A DNA stretch of 63,586 nt, the filler included, from Pirum gemmata (lineage: Eukaryota), in the NCBI GenBank assembly GCA_002812295.1. It is 17 parts of 17 records of this genome, joined end to end, with 100 filler letters (N's around TTAATTAATTAA, not from the genome) between each part and the next. Parts side by side here need not be neighbours in the genome. Positions count along the whole stretch, not along the records: positions 60,252 to 63,586 come from PDIN01002801.1; 16 more parts are not named here. One strand, given 5' to 3'. Each line of letters opens with the position of its first letter. Position 1 is the first letter of the stretch. The notes under the pieces are model-generated. The model was not told the DNA's origin. It worked only from the letters and a program-made list of their open reading frames with translations, and did no database searches. Below are positions 61,893 through 63,586 of this stretch, one piece after another. Position numbers and translations under genes: made by a program.

Positions 61893-62693
61893 TTATTATT
61901 ATTGTTATTAGAAAACTTATTTGTTATTATATTGGTTTATGTTTTATTTATTTATTTTCTGTATTCTAAAGATCAAGAAGCAAGAAGAATATTACAAATA
62001 TACAGAGATAAATCTGCTTATAAATACACTTTTTTTTTTTTTTCTCATAAAAAGAAGATTTTACAAAGTTTATATTACCACAAAACTGACTGGATATTCC
62101 TTTTTGGAAAAAAAAAATAAAAAAATTGAGAAAAAAACATAATACTTTAATTTTCAGTTTTTTGTCATACAATAAAGAGTACCTAATTAATACAACATAG
62201 ATCCATTTAATTTAATTTGCTATATTTTATTATATATTTATTTTAATTTAAAAATATCAATGTAAAGGTTATAATCTACCAAACCCAAAATTTTTTTGCA
62301 GGAGTAACAAAGGTCTAATACTAGAGGAGGGATGAGATGACGTCATCTTACCAATTGTTTTTAAAATTGTAACTATATATAGTAAGCGATGTGCATTTTT
62401 ATTAAAATATTTTTAGTTTGTGGTGGAGCTAAAAAATTAATAATAATAATATGATGATAACAATACAATAATAATAATAAATTTACGTCATTTTTTAAAA
62501 TATTGACGTAACAACTAATTGATATTTGTTAAAAAAATTATAGAAAGACACTTTGGGGTGGGTAAGGCATTTTGGGGTGGGGTGGGTAAGACATTTTGGT
62601 GTGGGTGGGTGGTAGTATCATAGTAGTAGTGGAGGAGGGTAGTAGTATTAGTAGTAGTGGAGGAGGGGGGTAGTAGTAGTAGTGGGGAGGAGG

Positions 62694-62747
<54 letters not shown>

Positions 62748-63204
62748 TCATAGTAGTAGTGGAGGAGGGTAGTAGTATTAGTAGTAGTGGAGGAGGGGGG
62801 TAGTAGTAGTAGTGGGGAGGAGGGTAGTAGTAGTAGTAGTAGTAGTAGTGGCGGTAGTAGTAGTAGTAGTAGTAGTAGTAGTGAGTAGTGGTAGTAGGGA
62901 GGGGGTTATTACTTTTTTTAAACGTCATCCAAGCGTCATTTGGTACTATTTATTGTATATTTTATGATGATGACAAAACAACTGAAAAGCGCTATAGTAG
63001 CTAGGGTTAGGGAACATTTATATATAAAGGACGTCACTTATTCTTTGATAAAAGTCATTGCTTGAAAGTGTGACTTATAATGTGTTAGGCACTAATTAAT
63101 TATTAAAATGAACTTTAGAATTATGACCAAAAGTGTTTTGGACAAAGAGGCATAAGTTAGATTGGGTGATATCCTTTATGGAAGGTTCCTTGGGGTTATG
63201 ATAG

Positions 63205-63586
63205 GGTGTTTTATCATTTTATCTTTGGGGGTTTCCCATAATGGAGCTTATAATTAGTAACCTCTTCTTGTGTTTAGGGTGGATTGTGTTCTACTCAAAC
63301 TATGTGTTCTCTGGTTGTTAACGGTGTGAGTGAAACACTGGTTAAGCTATTTTATCTTTGGAGGTTAACCATTGTGGTTAGGGTGGATTGTGTTCTACGT
63401 AAACTATGTGTTCTTTGGTTATTAACGGTGTGAGTGAAAGCTATTTTATCTTTTGAGATTTACCATAATGGAACTTGGTAACCTCTTCTTGTGGTTAGGG
63501 TGGATTGTGTTCTACTTAAACTATGTGTTCTCTGGTTATTAACGGTGTGAGTGAAGCACCGTTTAAGTCATTTTATCTTTAGGGGA
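63205..63586. repeat. Tandem repeat, ~105-120 bp unit, three copies to the window end
   Basis: ttagggtggattgtgttctac..aaactatgtgttct.tggtt.ttaacggtgtgagtgaa occurs three times. Confidence 0.85.

Noticed and set aside
1..63586. Apparent cluster of defence/effector-like genes (GNAT, T5orf172 nuclease, rvt, Kazal, Gp70-like) as a single island
   Set aside because: Each sits on a different contig separated by artificial linkers, so adjacency carries no biological information.

Overview
Very AT-rich eukaryotic draft sequence with GT-AG spliceosomal introns, abundant microsatellites and many interstitial TTAGGG arrays. The gene content suggests a unicellular protist, possibly a fungus/holozoan relative, but the taxon is a guess. 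The window is NOT one locus: it is 17 short unplaced contigs/scaffolds joined by artificial N-TTAATTAATTAA-N linkers, so genes separated by a linker are not demonstrably neighbours. Recognisable genes: a signal-peptide GNAT acetyltransferase; a T5orf172/MUG113 (GIY-YIG-like) nuclease with nine tandem C-x4-C-x4-H-x4-C repeats; a cellular rvt-family reverse transcriptase with a variant active site and a duplicated 3' end; spliced RGS-domain exons followed by an ATP-grasp ligase; a multi-Kazal inhibitor; a secreted Gp70-like lactonase propeller; a type I metacaspase; a six-exon acyl-CoA oxidase-like gene; and an LRR-only protein. Isolated exons resemble a SAM methyltransferase, a glycerol dehydrogenase and a spondin_N-like protein. 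Non-coding DNA holds at least six MITE families, two long fold-back structures and several ~120-180 bp tandem arrays. The best leads are the rvt gene, the zinc-finger-array nuclease and the apparent use of telomeric repeats as splice signals. Family assignments come from motif recognition by eye; no searches were run.
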